Origin: Paracoccaceae bacterium
GTDB taxonomy: Bacteria > Pseudomonadota > Alphaproteobacteria > Rhodobacterales > Rhodobacteraceae
DNA: 64,000 nucleotides
Assembly (NCBI GenBank): GCA_050633545.1
Contig: JBOEGS010000006.1
Coordinates: 251,926-315,925 of the forward strand
Direction of reading: 5' to 3'
The notes below the pieces were generated by a model that worked only from the letters and a program-made list of their open reading frames with translations, made no database searches and was not told the origin of the DNA. Below are positions 63,122-64,000 of this stretch, one piece after another. Every line of letters starts with the position of its first letter. Position 1 is the first letter of the stretch. Both the position numbers and the translations under genes were made by a program.

Positions 63122-63496
63122 ATGACTGCCCCTACGACTTTCGATGCAAGCACTCTCAAATTCGATGCGGCAGGGTTGATCCCCTGCATCGCGCAGGAGG
63201 CCGAGACCGGCGAGGTTTTGATGATGGCGTGGATGAATGCCGCCGCGGTGCAAAAGACGCTTGAAACGGGGCGCGTGACCTATTGGAGCCGCTCGCGGCA
63301 AAGCTTCTGGATCAAGGGTGAAACCTCGGGCCATCTGCAACATCTGGTCGATCTGCGGCTCGATTGTGACCGTGATTGCCTTTTGGCGATGGTGCGCCAA
63401 GAGGGACCGGCGTGCCATACCAACCGGCGCAGCTGTTTTTATACGGCGATCCGTGAGGGTGATGAGGTCGAGTTGATGGCGCCTATGGCGCCCTAG
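63122..63496 (+). CDS. hisI: Phosphoribosyl-AMP cyclohydrolase
   Basis: VLMMAWMN, YWSRSR, KGETSG, DCDRD and ACHTNRRSCF motifs. Confidence 0.96.
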   Translation: MTAPTTFDASTLKFDAAGLIPCIAQEAETGEVLMMAWMNAAAVQKTLETGRVTYWSRSRQSFWIKGETSGHLQHLVDLRLDCDRDCLLAMVRQEGPACHTNRRSCFYTAIREGDEVELMAPMAP

Positions 63497-63532
63497 ACCG
63501 ATTGGTCGCCTGTGCCCGAACACATCAAGTGG

Positions 63533-64000
63533 TTAGACCGATTGGTCCATCCCCAACATCTTGAAGATATCCGCGGGCTGCTTGCCCGCCACGCGAAAGC
63601 TTTGTAAGGACCGCGCATCGTCGCGTTTGGCAAGGCGCTTGCCCGCCTCGTCGCGGATCAATTTGTGATGGTGATAGATCGGCACAGGCAGGTCCAGAAG
63701 GCTGAGCAAGATCACCTGAATGGCGGTGAAATCAAACAGATCCTCGCCGCGCACCACATGGGTGATGCCTTGGGCCGCGTCATCAAGGGCGGAGGCGAGG
63801 AAATAGGCGACGATATTCTCGCCCTTGCGCGACAGCACCACATCGCCGATCTCACGCTGTGCTTGATCCGCGTCGATGCAGTGGCGGCCGGTATGGGCCG
63901 CGCCTGTCTCGGCAAACCCCACATCGCGCCCCGCCAATAGATCCAGCGCCTTGTCCAGATGCAGGCGTAGCGCGTCGCCGGAGCGGCGGTCGGATATGGG
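63533..64000 (-). CDS. gluQ: Glutamyl-Q tRNA(Asp) synthetase (5' part outside window)
   Basis: GDVVLSRK, DDAAQGITHVVRGEDL and YHHH...GKRLAKR motifs; lacks an anticodon domain. Confidence 0.88.
   Translation of the reverse strand, partial: PISDRRSGDALRLHLDKALDLLAGRDVGFAETGAAHTGRHCIDADQAQREIGDVVLSRKGENIVAYFLASALDDAAQGITHVVRGEDLFDFTAIQVILLSLLDLPVPIYHHHKLIRDEAGKRLAKRDDARSLQSFRVAGKQPADIFKMLGMDQSV

Noticed and set aside
62567-63523. 318-aa extended version of the IscU-like ORF
   Set aside because: The extension overlaps hisI on the opposite strand; the family-like sequence begins at ATG 63019.

Overview
GC-rich chromosomal core region of an alphaproteobacterium. Gene order (argS-SPOR-nagZ-scpAB, ihfA-fabH-plsX-rpmF, guaB-rsmB-cckA-recA-alaS, miaA/pyrH-frr-uppS-cdsA-dxr-rseP-bamA-skp-fabZ-lpxAIB, mnmA/sciP-ctrA-ligA-recG) points to Rhodobacterales, probably the Roseobacter group. 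It holds about 60 protein genes, mostly housekeeping, and two tRNAs (Pro-GGG, Gly-CCC). No integrase, transposase, phage gene or CRISPR array was seen. The most notable signals lie outside the supplied ORF track. (1) After recG there is a 40-aa hydrophobic ORF with a strong RBS under LexA boxes arranged as at recA, followed by a candidate multi-hairpin sRNA behind an EcfG-like promoter. (2) A 1.4-kb CmtR-like regulator plus HMA-CDF metal-efflux cassette is bracketed by related imperfect palindromes in direct orientation. (3) Two further small membrane ORFs were found. (4) CtrA boxes occur at cckA, sciP and ctrA, and near-matches at a diguanylate cyclase, a sulfotransferase-like gene and a FemAB-like GNAT gene. 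All calls come from reading motifs and synteny by eye; no database searches were run.
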